A stretch of 64,000 nt of DNA from NCBI GenBank assembly GCA_965645245.1, contig OZ287077.1, forward strand, positions 1 through 64,000, given 5' to 3'. Position 1 is the first letter of the stretch, and each line of letters opens with the position of its first letter. Under the pieces are notes generated by a model. That model did no database searches, was not told where the DNA came from, and was given only the letters and a program-made list of their open reading frames with translations. The DNA comes from Massalongia carnosa. Taxonomy: Eukaryota. This document shows, one piece after another, positions 12,153-23,970 of the stretch. The position numbers were made by a program, and so were the translations under genes.

Positions 12153-13242
12153 GATGTTGACGTCGACAATAGAAGCATAGCTTCCAGTCATCACAGATCT
12201 TACGGACTCCTGGATCCGTCAACTTATGGCCTCGAACGGCGGCCATTGCTGAACTCAGATCCATGGGATCGCCGCCGGCAGCGGCGACAGGGGCAGCAGG
12301 TGTGGTGACGGCCGGGGTGATGCGTGTGGTCATGTTGGAGGTGCTGGTCGTGGCAAGTGCGTTTCCTCGTCTAGTGGTCGGAGGATTGCTGGCATTGGCA
12401 GCAGGGGTGGTGCGAGGATGGCGATGTTTTAACTGCCTCAGGTCCCAGTCGGTGTCGGACCACATCTGCACATGATCGTCAAACGTAACGGGCCTGGACC
12501 CATCTGTTTTTCGCCACGAGATTGCGGCTGCCTGTATGGCGTAGTTGACATTTGATCGCATGGCGTCGATTAGAGAGCCATCTTCCATTCCCGATCGTTC
12601 TTTCTTCTGTGTGAAGAGGTTATAGTATTCTTCGAAACTTAGCGTACCCTGTTTGAGGGTGTCACGAAGATAGGTGCGTGCGTCTTCTTCTTCAAAGCGA
12701 TTGCCACATACCTGGCGCAATTTCATTCGCCAATCTTTTAGACTTGTCAGCGCGCACAAGCCATCCTTTCTATACCTGTTCATCAAGTTGTGTGCTTTTT
12801 TTCCGATGGTAAGTCGGGATTCGGCATAAGTTATCTTTTCGTTCTCTGTAGGATAGCGGTCATGGTTCACATGCATCCTCTGTATCAGACTCTGTTCCCA
12901 TGAATCGAGATTGTCCATGTTGCCGTCGTATTCGGCAATGTCCGGCAGCTTTTCTGACTTGGCCGGTTTGTCTGTGGAGAGGTTCTTGCACTTAGCAGCT
13001 GTCACGGCGGCCACGATCGAAGTAAGGAACTCGGGACTGAGAGAGGAAGAAGGGGAAGACGTGGAAGGTGGTGTAACGATGGTGGAGGCTTGGGCTTCCT
13101 GTTCCAATTTTGCTATTTGGTTTTGCAATCTCTCCGTTTCTTGAAGGAATAGAAGGGGGTTGGCCTGCACGTAGGCAAGCTGTGCATCTGTGCTTTCAAT
13201 GGGCTGCTCGGGCATAGGTTGTCCTTGATCTTGGTTTGACAT
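12153..13242 (-). pseudogene. Gypsy gag, split in its zinc knuckle by the Copia-A1 insertion
   Basis: GDPMDLS and CFYCRRQH; removing copia plus one TSD restores CFYCRRQHPGTIGDC. Confidence 0.85.
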
Positions 13243-13747
13243 GACTGATTATCTATAGGCAAAAAATGAAAAGAGAAAGGAAGAATAGTGCTTTGAAAAG
13301 CACAAAAAATATAGATCGGACGTAATGTCAGGGGAGGGCTGGAGAGATACAAGACTCTATCTTGCAGAACGGATATCTAGATATGCTAAAACTAGAAGTT
13401 GAGAATAATACACAAGACGTCCGATGAAGAGCTCTAAACACCTGGGAAACCACATAGACTTTATAGCCATGGCTTTCAACTCTCCTATTCTCGACTTGCC
13501 CCACCTCTGTTCCTATACTAATTTCCTTAACATGATTGCTTTGACCTATCCCGCCTTTATCTGTGCCGAAGCACTCTCAGTCATAAGCCTGGATAGTGGA
13601 GAGGTTGAGATTGGATATGGATTGTAGGAGATTGATAGTGCGCTGAGGGCGGCAGAAGAACGCCTGAGCACGATGGGTGAGCAATGGGCCCTGTTAAATA
13701 CTAACCCGATCAGGACAAGCGGGAGGGTGCGAAGCGATTCCGTGACA

Positions 13748-15965
13748 GCCTAAGTTCATCTTTTTGGGCCCTTCCTCTTCCATAAGGTCGGCGTTGTAGA
13801 AGAGATAAAGAATAGGAGATATTGGGGATCCTTGAGGGACTCCAAAGTTCGTGGTGAATGGTTGCGAGGTGGAGTTGGGCATGGCGATGGTCGTTTTCCT
13901 TTCCTGAAGAAGCTTTCGATCCATTTAGCTATGTTGCCGCCTATTCTTCTCTTCCGTAGGTTGTGCAGTAGTCTTTTGTGGGATACGTTATCGTAAGCAC
14001 CCGAGATGTCCAGTATGAGCACTGTGGCCACTTCGTTGTTAAGCCAGGCTGCGTGGATGGCCTCTAGGAGCAGATGGAGGGCGTGTTCCGGTGATCTAGC
14101 TCGCCTGCCGCCTATATGGAGTCTGGGGAGTAGGCTCTCGGTCTCCATCGCGTGATTGATTCTGGTAGCAATGATCTTCTCCATAGTCTTACCTAAAGTG
14201 TTGAGCAAGGCTATGGGTCTGTATGAATTCGGCAAACTGTAGTCGGCCTTAGCTGGTTTCTGAGAACCACCGTGGTGGATTCTCTGAAAGCATTGGGGTG
14301 ATGACCCAGTTCCCAGCTGGCGTTATACAGAGCTACAAGTGTGGGCATGATGAGCGGTAACACATCTCTGAAGATTCTATTAGTCAGTCCGTCGGGGCCT
14401 GGGGCCGAGAGTGGTGCTGCCTTTGTGATGGCTTTAGTTATTTCCCGAGCTGAGATGAGAGCAAATTGAATTGGCTCTGGATAGTGATAATCGGCGATGT
14501 CTTCAAGATTGGTCGCATCCGGGATAGGAAAAAACTGTCTGCGAAGCAGTTCAGCCTTGCCCGAGGCCTTCGTCACTTTGGAGCCATCGCTTTTCATCAG
14601 GGTTGGGTGAAGGCTTGGAATGGGTCGACCTGTTCTTAGCTCATTTCGCAAGCTTCCAGAGACCATCTGGAGTGCTGGTGGCCTCCTCTACCCTGTCCCT
14701 ATGTGTTGTCTTGAGAGCTTTTTGTACGGTTTTGTTTTTGCTGTTTCTCGCCTCTCGGTAGGCTTCCCAGTCTTCCAGAGAGCGCGTTTCCTTATGCTTG
14801 CGCCTGAGATATCTGCATAGGGTGACTGCCTCTTTGCATTCCGGGGTAAAGCCAGGTTTTGAATGATTGCACCCTCTAGAAAGTGGGACTGCTGTCTCCA
14901 TTGCGTGCTGGATAGCTTCAACTAACTCATGGGCCAAGTTGTCGAGTTCTTGAACTGTGCTCACGCTCCTAGGTGCCGGGAGCTTGCCTGTCATCGTGTC
15001 TAGTAGCTTTTCCCTATCAGTCTTAGACCACATGCGAGAGGACCTTATGGCCATCTTAACTGTGGTGATATCGAATGCTGTGCCAATGGGGTGGTGATCT
15101 GAGTCATTATCCAACTCTCTTCTCACATCGCACATGAGTACGACTGAAGCCACTGCGGGGTTGCGAACGTTAAGTCTATCGTGCTCTGTGCTGATCTATG
15201 ATCGTATGTTATGGTGCCAGGGGGGAGCAGAAGTTCTAGCTCGCTTTGATCGAGAATCTCCAGTAGTTGGTCTGCCTCCGGATGTTGATGATGGTAGTCT
15301 TCGCCAGTCCATAGGGGATGGTGAAGATTGAAGTCCCCTACCACTATGTGTTCTCCCTCCACCTCTAGCGCCTTGATTAGGTCTGACAAGGTGCTGTAGT
15401 TCCCCTGAGAGGGGGAGGGATTGTAGATGTTATGAATATTAATGACTCGCTGGGTTTCGCCAGGAAATGCCAAGTGCAAAGTCATCAGATCGGGAGAGTA
15501 GAAGGTTACCTTCCAAGAGGCGCTTGCTATGTCTTTGTTGACGAACATGCATACTCTCGGAGGGAGCTCTTGTTCTCCTGTTTCGGGGGATAGAGAAGGT
15601 GAAAAACATTTTGACCGGATTGTGCGTGGTGTGTTGATAGGGGTTCCCCGCCCAGGGTTCCTGGATGGCCAGGATGCCGTATTTCATGGTTTCCTCCCTG
15701 CGAAGGAAGTCCGCCATGACAGTGTTCTTGGATTTGTTGCAGTTGTACTGAAGTATGGACAGATAGTGGGTGTATTCACTCATAGTTCCTCTTCTGTCTG
15801 AGTACTGAGCTGCAAGCGACGGGTTGCCGATCTGGTGGTCATTGAAGAACTATCGTCGTTCTCCTTATCGCTCAAGACCTCCACAGCCTTCGAGGAGGGT
15901 TTCTTCTTTCCCTTCTTAGAAGCTGCTTGTGCCATGCTCCTGTTGGTAGAGCTGGGGTTTACTTG
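13748..15965 (-). mobile_element. Tad1-like LINE fragment: ORF1 tail, APE endonuclease and RT (frameshifted); cut by the gypsy LTR just before the catalytic DD motif
   Basis: ILQYN, AIQEPW, VVGDFNLHHPLW, TIDLTF, SDHHPI, APGPDG, YRPIALLNTLGK, GVPQGSPISPILY; ORF1 stop/ORF2 start overlap ATGA at 15780-15783; right boundary approximate. Confidence 0.92.
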
Positions 15966-16172
15966 GCTGATAATGTTTAACTCTATGGGGTGCTGGATCA
16001 AATTGGGCCATGATTGCGACGTTTCCGCAATGGGTGCGGCTTCCTTGCCTTTCACGCGATGCTGCGGGTCTTGAAAATGGGACTGCACTTGATCGGGCCA
16101 AATGGCATGTTGACATTTGCGACACACGATCATTCGCCACTCGCTCAAATGCTCAATGGGTAATGCGCTCAT
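15965..16172 (-). pseudogene. DUF3505/OrsD-like zinc-finger N-terminus, as in telomere-linked RecQ helicase-type genes; disrupted by the LINE
   Basis: EHLSEWRMIVCRKCQHAIWPDQVQSHFQDPQH (CxxC..H..H) recognised from memory of the family. Confidence 0.6.
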
Positions 16173-16766
16173 GATCATGATGATGATGATGATGATGGGC
16201 AATTTGGGGGTGGGATTTTTCATCATGTGTGGTTCGGGATATGGGCTCTCGCTTATTCGCAAAGTGGGTGCAAGCGGGATCTCATGTTAAATGGAGTGGA
16301 ATTTTTTTAAAGAATTGACAACTTCATTTTAATGCGACAACGATAATTCTTGCATATTCGTAATCGCCGAGTGAAATTGTACTATTCATATATACACTAT
16401 ATTTCACGGTACTCATCATCTGCTGATGTTGAGCGGCGGCGAGTTTTGATGTTCCTGTACTTTCGCCGCTCAAAAGCTCCTCAAACACCCTTTACGCCGC
16501 GATTTTTCTAAAATCAAGGAATGATCGGAATTTATCCCTTGAAACACATGTTACAATTTCGAAGACGGGCTATCTCTGACCGCTGGAAGCAAGAAAATCG
16601 GCCCAGAGGTTGAAATAGCACCCAACCCTTGAAAGATATTCCACCGTACCCCCACAGATGACATGTACGCCGCTTAAGTAAATCTGGTCCCTAAGAGTTA
16701 TATTCCACCGTACCTACGGTGCATTTAAGCATGTAGGTTAGAGTTTTATTGAATGGGACCCCCAAT

Positions 16767-19700
16767 TCAATTAAGCATATGGGATAGGAACATCCTCTTC
16801 ATGTCACGGTAGCAGAACCTAAACTCTGCAGGCGGCTTTGCACCTTCGCGTCTTAGCTCCTTAGTCTGCTTGTTGATCTTGTGCATGGCCTTCCAGATAT
16901 CTGCTTCAAACTGCTCGAGGTTAAGAACGTGAAGGTACTCCAGCCAGGACTTCAGCAATCGAGGGTTCTCCTGCACATTGTACATCTCATACCATGACGC
17001 CGCTTGGTTGAAACGAATGAAGACGTCGCGGAGATACTTTACTGCTCTCCACCTCCGCTTATACTCCTCGTGCATAAGCATATTCCCAACTAGTATGTTC
17101 TCACCATGTGGTGCTGCTAGTCGCCACATCTCCCAGTTGATCTTAGGCTTGAACCACCCTAACCCCGATAGCTCTATACTCTCCTTCATCCCGAGTCCTT
17201 CCTTGACGATGGTCTTCCCTCCTTGGAAAACCCTCCACCGGTCCTTAAACAGTAGGGACTCTCCCGACCGACAGCATATTTCCACCGTAGCAGAAGTGGA
17301 GGCCCCGCAGCGCAATAACCATGATGATGGTCTCAGGTAGGGAGTACGTCTTAGCTGAGTGGGCAAGAACATGCTCAAACAGGAAGCAGTATTTGGGGAT
17401 CTAGGCGTGGAGGAGGCTTACAAAGTCGATTGTAGGTACAATGTAATCTGCCAGTGGAGACGGGGTGTCTGCTTTATCGTCTGCGTCGTAGAGGTCCCAC
17501 TGTTCATATATCTCCTCCATCATGGTTAGGGATATCCGATGTTCTTCCCTCACTCCATAAGACTTCCAGCGACTGTCCATGAGGTTTGCATGAGCCCGCT
17601 TCGTGCTGTGCAGATAGGCAAACTCGCACACGCCCCTAGAGAGCGTGATACATCCGCCCTCCTGTTGCAGAGAACGCACATATCCAGGGTCCAGGGTTAG
17701 GTTCTCCACCGAGTCGTTAGTAAAGACGTACACTTTCGAAGAGTCGAATAGAGTCTTGGCGAGCATATAGAACTAAGAATATATCAGCCCATCCTTGCTC
17801 TCGTCACCCTACGGTGCAGCAAACAGCGTCTGGCTCATCCTATCTCGCATGGTAGCCCAGGAGTATACAGTACGCCTCGGGTTCCCTTTAGCCTTGCTTC
17901 CATCCGGGTTAAGGACCATCCTCGTCCTGCAATACTCATCTAGGCAGCACTTCTTCCACAGGAACACCTCGGCTTCGTGGTTCTCTGGTATCTGATCATA
18001 AGGAAGCGCGCTGTCCTGTGAGGTGATCTGCTTTGCAATGTCCACAAAGGTGCGATCTGGGTTGTAGAATTCCGGATCTGTTGCATTCAGCCACTGCCTC
18101 TTCCAGCCATTGTATGCTTCGACCAAACCAGTAGAGTCATTAGTTGCCAGCTTGGTGTTCTTGGAATGCGTGAACAGTGTTGCGCCTTGGAACCGATGAA
18201 ACCCAGAATTCTTATCTATAGTCCTACCAACCAAGGTCCAAAGCTCATCGAGGTACCGCGGCTGGATCGTATGGGCAACTAACTGCTGGTTGGCAGACTC
18301 CTTCCGTTTGAGGCTCTCTGCAGATATCGCCGTGGATACAAGGTCGGTATGCGAGAAGAGGCCGGATAGTTCAGCAGTATGTTGGAAGACTTAACAACTT
18401 TGGTGATACAGGGAAGGAGGATGCCATCCACGCGCCCAAAGTAGTAGTGGGATATCTTATGCAGCGGGACATATCTTAGGGATGGATAGTCTGATCGTGG
18501 AACCAGGGACCTTCAACCCAAAGTGTATGTCGCCCGTGAGATTGAGGACGGGATGGGCCTTGGGGAACCACTTTATCCCGCGACGGGCAAACCCGAGACT
18601 CTGGGGGAAACAACAGGTGCTGTCGATGTCAAAACTGACCCTTGGTTGACGATTCTTCCGACTTGTAGCGTGTTTCTTGGACAGGCAAAGACTCGGAGGT
18701 AGTCCATCGTTATGTGGAGTGGCTTCGTCCAGGCGAGCACTAGCAGTGCCTTTTAATGCCGCCTTGTAGCTGACGCCCTGGATATCGGTGGCTCTCATCA
18801 GTCGGGGGCTTTTGAGGACATCGGGAAGCGGAGTGCCCCCATTGTGTAACCCTTTAACAATGGAAGTAATATCAGGTATGGATGAGCACTCTGAGTGCAC
18901 ACCTCGGCGTCGGTGGTGTTCTTAATGCTGGCGATCGGCTTCGGTATGCTGCTCATGAGTGCAGCAACGGAATTTTCGAAGCTGCTTGGCCAGCTTAGAG
19001 GATGTGCTCTATAGTTGATCAGGCTCGGATTAGCGATGTGGGAACGCTGCGCGCTACGCGGTGCATGTTGTATTGTACCGCTGGTTGTGGATTTTGGCCT
19101 AGGGGGGTTTCTCTTGAAGGCACGGGTGGTGGTGCTTCGACGAATCCAGCGGGTTGATAAAGATCCGAGGGCGTAGGTGTAGATATAGCAATTCTTGGAG
19201 ATGGGCGTGAAGTGGGCGAAGTAGGGTTAGAATCGACACCTGTCAAAGGCTTCACCCATGATAATAGCGTGTTTCTCTGCGTTGGGAACGAAGTCCCACG
19301 TCTACTACTGGTGCTACTTGACTGAGCTTGGAAGTCCTGCTATGACTGCGGTGTGTATCTGCAGTATGCGGTGAACTGCCCTGTTGTATATCTGTATTCG
19401 GTGGACTATGAATTGGTGTGCTGTTGTGTCTAGATGCTGATGATTCGACATCACTAAACTGCTGGGCAGCGTAGTCAGAATACAGTGACCCGGCCTTGCT
19501 GCTCTCCTGCCTCTCTTTTTGCCCAATTCGTAGTGCCTGGAGCACTTCTGCTGCCTCGAGATGGGCTGCCGACTCCTCCAAGCGTGCCGTGACCTCCGCA
19601 TCATAGTCTGCGTCTTCAATATTTATCACCTCCTCTGTGCGTATTTTTTCAACTTGTCGAATGATTTCGGGCTCCTCGTGTAGGGTATTTGGAGTTGCAG

Positions 19701-19988
19701 TTCGAGGGGGGTTGTCCTGGGTTAGGTATGCTTCGGGTTCAAGCTCTTCCTCACAGTCTTCCACTATATCGCGCTGCGGGGGGATTGGTATGTCTGGGCT
19801 GGTTCGCAGACCAATGGCAGGCAGGGTGTAGCTAGGAATATCGGATGTAGGTAGAGGCTCGTAGGCAACAAAGTCGACGAGACCTGCAAGACCAACTGGG
19901 CGCGATGGATTGTGGTAATAGCCTCGATTCTACCGTCTCTTGGCCGCTGCAGCTTCATCAGCAGTAGAGTACTTTCGAGGCCTACCAC
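16767..19988 (-). pseudogene. Large fungal hypothetical protein gene broken into at least 6 co-oriented ORF fragments
   Basis: Consecutive minus-strand ORFs with protein-like blocks RVSFDIDS..SLGFARRGI, FVDIAKQIT, FLWKKCCL, SYGVREEHRISL; acidic low-complexity N-terminus. Confidence 0.55.
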
Positions 19989-20474
19989 CTGGTTTTTTCA
20001 ATGGCTGCGTAGAAGGCATGATCGGGGAAGAGTGACGCTGAGCAGTTGAACAATAAGGGATTTAGGAAAAAACCCTAATTTGGTTAACGCGGTACGTGAC
20101 ACCAGAAAACATCAATACAATCCACCAGAACGCCAGCTAAGAATGTAATATCAATGACAGGTTTAAGTTACTCATCGCATGCTCTCATCGCATGATAACA
20201 TCGTTCACATCATCGCATGGTCGATCACTTCTCCTAGTCAGGATTTGGATTCACATGAGAAATACAGGAAAAAACCGAAATTCGGTTAGCGCGGTACGGT
20301 GCTCCGGTAGAATCGAGTGACACGACTTCTCCTCTTTGAATCATCACAACGCAACCAACAACGCTTACAATGGTTAACGACTGAATGAGAATGACGATTG
20401 AAGTCCTTGCCGATCGATTGCGCCAAAAAAATCCACCACTTGTGTTCTAACCTTCACCCCGGATTCCGACATCA

Positions 20475-20682
20475 TGTAACGTAACAAATCGAGCCCCTAT
20501 ATAGTCCAGCGGCCCCTAGCCCTCAACCGACTCGTGGAAGGATCTAGAAGGTTCGAGCATTGACCAGCTATGGAAACCATGAATGCCGCGATAAGTCTAG
20601 CGCGCACACGCGATCCCGTGACTTCGGCTTGTGGCTTTTTCCGCTCCGGTCTACCGAACTAGTGCCGAGTAGAACCGTGACA
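20475..20682 (-). mobile_element. 3' LTR remnant with adjacent PPT
   Basis: TGTAACG...CGTGACA termini; GGGGAGGC on minus strand just upstream; CTATATAG inside. Confidence 0.55.
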
Positions 20683-21385
20683 GCCTCCCCGGTGTAAACT
20701 TCAGCTTTAACCTTTATTGCTACGTTGGTAGTGATGTCGGCTGAATAAACCTACATGACCTTGTGTTCTAGACCTTGTTTCTAGAGGCAGGTCCGCAGTG
20801 TAGATAGAGATTCAGTCCGAGGTAATCTTCCATCGCTACGTTAGTAGTGGTGACTGCGAAATGAAGCTACATAGCCTCGGCATCTAGACTTTTTAGAGGC
20901 AGGCTAGCAATGTAGTGAGGGATCTAGCCGGAGGTAGAACTGTTTTACCTTGCAAGGGAAGGTCTAGTTAGAAGGCTGCTCAAAGCTGACTAGATGATCC
21001 AGCGAACGCCGAGTTTGTAGATGGATCCTGAGGGATGGTTGGATGTAAGGCGATAAGGTCAGATGTGGGCTGGAAGGCTCCTAAGGTTCCAAGGCTCCCA
21101 AGGCTATAGGCTCGGGGTGAGTAGGATAAATACCAGAACGAATCCTGTAGTATTCGTTAGCAATTTGTCTTTATTCTATGAACAACCTACGTTTGGGTCT
21201 CGGACGAGATCTCTTGGTCTAAGCACTTCTACATCCATTAGTTCTTTGGATCACGTATACTCTCGGATATCAAAAGGTAGTATAGTAGATAGAGGATAGA
21301 ACGCTTGCTTTTGTTCTATATAGTGGGAATAGCTAGATTTATAGACAATGTACGGTATCCTAGTATTAGACTAGCGATACGTCTA

Positions 21386-23327
21386 ATCGTGCTAGACCAC
21401 TTTCGGAATGCAGAGAGCACCCCTTAGTGCTTACCGGCTCAAAGACGCTACCGGCTCAAAGACGCATTTTTCAACACCTCAACATTAAAAAAATCAGACC
21501 TTCATGAAAAGACGTCCAAATAGCTTTATTTCGGGTTTAAAATCTACTGCTCAGTCTGTTCTACTAACAGGCCCTGCCCTAGTAAAAATCGGACGTTGTC
21601 TAACTGGGTTGATGAGGCCTTTTTCCCCTTATTAGCCTCCCTTTGTTCCTTTCGTCTAGCCTTTTCTTCCTCTTTTTTTTGACGAATTGAACATAATTCT
21701 CTACATTGACTGACTTTTATGACTCCACCCTTTGCAGCTACCTGACCCCCGAGAGCGGCCCGACTTTTACGCGATGTGGTGGCTTTTTGCACTTGCTGAA
21801 GGTCCCGCGTAGTCAAATCTAGGGTGTTGGCGGAGGTGATGGAGGCCCTAATAAATTTCTGAAAACCGTCCACTGTTTTTTTATCCATCCATCCACCGAT
21901 CGGCCCGGCCGCGGTCAATGCCCTTTGCAATTTGTGACCGAATTTTCTGATTGATTCGGGGCCTCGAGGGGTGCGCTCATGAAATTGAAGAGGTAGGGGG
22001 CTCGGGGTGCGGGGTTCATTCCTAATTTCCAAGGCTGCAGCTTGCTTCTGACGAATGACGTCGAGTACCATGTTGGGATTGAATGGGACGATGCCGGTGG
22101 TCCTGAATGCATGACGAATAGTAGATGATTTGAATGTCTTGTTGCGAAATTCCTGGAATGCGGCTAAAAATTCCAATTTTCCAAATTCCGTGTCTCCCAT
22201 TCGTATCGCATGATCAATGGCCTCAGCATGATAGTGTTTGTACGGCTGAAAAACACCTACATCTAACGGCTGAGTCAAATGAGTAGAATGTGCTGGAAGA
22301 CGAAATAGAACGATCTGATTTTCAGTGGCCAGCTTCAAAAACGGAATGGTTGAATGAGACCCAAACCCGTCGATGACTAGAAGTAGCCAAGCTCCACGTC
22401 TTTTAGTCCGTGTATGCTCGATGAAATGACGAAGCCAATCCATGGCTAAATCGTCATTTGAATAGCCGGTCTCGCTGGTCCCAATCAACGTCTCTCCGTC
22501 GAGATCGTTGTGTTGACACCATTTATGAAGAATATGAATACCCGAAAGAATAAGTAATGGTGGAATAACGTCACCGGCCGAGCTGATACACTCTACAGAA
22601 GTAATGTAGTCACGATTATCCGGATCAGTCATACGAAGAGGCTTTCGTGGGTCCAAGGTGATTACTATTTGAGCTCGTCCGCATCCAATTCGAAAGCCTG
22701 TTTCGTCCATATTCCATACATCCAGCTCCGTTATTCCCTTTTCCCTCATCACCCTTTCTAATTTGCTGAAATATTCAACCATATCGTTAACGTCGTGACT
22801 ATTTTTTCGATCGACTGCGAGAGGCTTCTGTTTTCGTACATGAAGCTCGGGATTTCGATCAAGAAATCGCTTCAGCCACTGATGACCAAGAGTACGATTC
22901 TCAAAACGAATCAGATAATTTGCAGCCCCCACGATCAATTTGGGTCGCGCACACATGTTGGCCTTGTCCAATCGCTCGATGTAGTCACGAACAGCTTGTT
23001 CTTGCTCATCCGTCAGAGCTTTGTTGGTACTAGGTCGACTGCTTTTGGAGTTGCCTCCATTCCATCGTTTTTGAACCGTACGAGGGGCAACGTCAAAAGC
23101 TATAGCTGCAGCTCGACAATTAGTATACAAACCATCATGTAACGCGTCAATTGCACTGTCAATTCGATCCTCGATAGCTGAATATGAATTGACCATTATG
23201 TTGTTGATTGTTGACGTGTCGAAGTTGAGGTGTAAAATGTTGAAAATGCGTCTTTGAGCCGGTAGCGTCTTTGAGCCGGTAAGCACTAAGGGGCGCTCTC
23301 TGCATTCCGAAAGTGGTCTAGCACGAT
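21386..23327 (-). mobile_element. Complete pogo/Fot1-like DNA transposon
   Basis: ~85-bp TIRs starting ATCGTGCTAGACC with internal ACCGGCTCAAAGACGC x2; TA duplicated (21384-85, 23328-29) relative to the intact LTR. Confidence 0.95.
21544..23196 (-). CDS. Intact pogo/Fot1 transposase (HTH, CENP-B-type HTH, DDE_1), 550 aa
   Basis: WNMDETGF, LLVIDGFGSH, STHLTQPLDVGVF; uninterrupted ORF. Confidence 0.93.
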   Translation of the reverse strand: MVNSYSAIEDRIDSAIDALHDGLYTNCRAAAIAFDVAPRTVQKRWNGGNSKSSRPSTNKALTDEQEQAVRDYIERLDKANMCARPKLIVGAANYLIRFENRTLGHQWLKRFLDRNPELHVRKQKPLAVDRKNSHDVNDMVEYFSKLERVMREKGITELDVWNMDETGFRIGCGRAQIVITLDPRKPLRMTDPDNRDYITSVECISSAGDVIPPLLILSGIHILHKWCQHNDLDGETLIGTSETGYSNDDLAMDWLRHFIEHTRTKRRGAWLLLVIDGFGSHSTIPFLKLATENQIVLFRLPAHSTHLTQPLDVGVFQPYKHYHAEAIDHAIRMGDTEFGKLEFLAAFQEFRNKTFKSSTIRHAFRTTGIVPFNPNMVLDVIRQKQAAALEIRNEPRTPSPLPLQFHERTPRGPESIRKFGHKLQRALTAAGPIGGWMDKKTVDGFQKFIRASITSANTLDLTTRDLQQVQKATTSRKSRAALGGQVAAKGGVIKVSQCRELCSIRQKKEEEKARRKEQREANKGKKASSTQLDNVRFLLGQGLLVEQTEQ

Positions 23328-23631
23328 TAGCCATTAGCATGCGTCTACTCGTGCGGTAGAAGGTGAGTGCGGCTGAAATGAAGTAGCCTGATTTGTACAT
23401 TCTAACATCGGAGACTAGCACCACGTAGCTATCTTCCACCTCTTACGCTGAGCCTTTCCCCATTCGGGATCAGTGTCGCTCGTGATTAGCTTACTGGTCT
23501 CGTAGCCTATTACAATTCTAATTGCTCTCATACCCTACGGGTCAGCCAGCCCGTTTGGAGGAAGCTTAGCTAGTGAAGCCATCTGTTTTTGAACTCCGCA
23601 AACGATGTCATCAAACTCTCGCCCTCGCAGG

Positions 23632-23970
23632 TGTTGTAATGTGCAAAGTCACCCGGCTGATGCCTAGTAAAGTGTTCAGAGTCACATAGTACCGCATTGG
23701 GATTAGTGCGTTGGTAAGAACATTAGGCAACACATAACGACCTCGAGAAGCACCGCAAAACTTCTATGAACATTCCCATCGAGTCATAAATTGGATATGA
23801 GTCAATCACCAATCTTAGATTTCTAGGAAGCAGGAAGGTGAGTCATAGGGAGAACGGTTTTCGGCATGTTTTTCTATCTATATAAACACGGTCCTTAGAT
23901 AGGTAGATAGAAATATCAATCGTTTCAAAAGTGAGCTTTTTACTATGCCAGCAGAGCTTCAATTACAATA
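23632..23970 (+). mobile_element. Solo LTR (339 bp) inserted in the gypsy gag
   Basis: TGTTGTAAT...ATTACAATA; TSD GCAGG (23627-23631, 23971-23975); TATATAAA ~23879. Confidence 0.88.

Larger units (their letters stand above)
5497..13747 (-). mobile_element. Ty3/gypsy 5' half (5' LTR 13326-13747, gag, protease), interrupted by Copia-A1 and truncated before RT
   Basis: TGTCA..TGACA bounded LTR; gag 13242-12153 resumes at 6582; protease LLVDSCASGYSFID..PIVLGRPWLRRH. Confidence 0.82.
21268..23407 (-). mobile_element. Solo LTR of the Copia-B family, split by a pogo element
   Basis: 21268-21385 + 23330-23407 match the reverse complement of LTR 26313-26508; TSD TCGGA (21263-21267, 23408-23412). Confidence 0.93.

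Noticed and set aside
23197..23439. 81-aa N-terminal extension of the pogo transposase
   Set aside because: Reads through the TIR and host LTR from a GTG; probably a chance open frame
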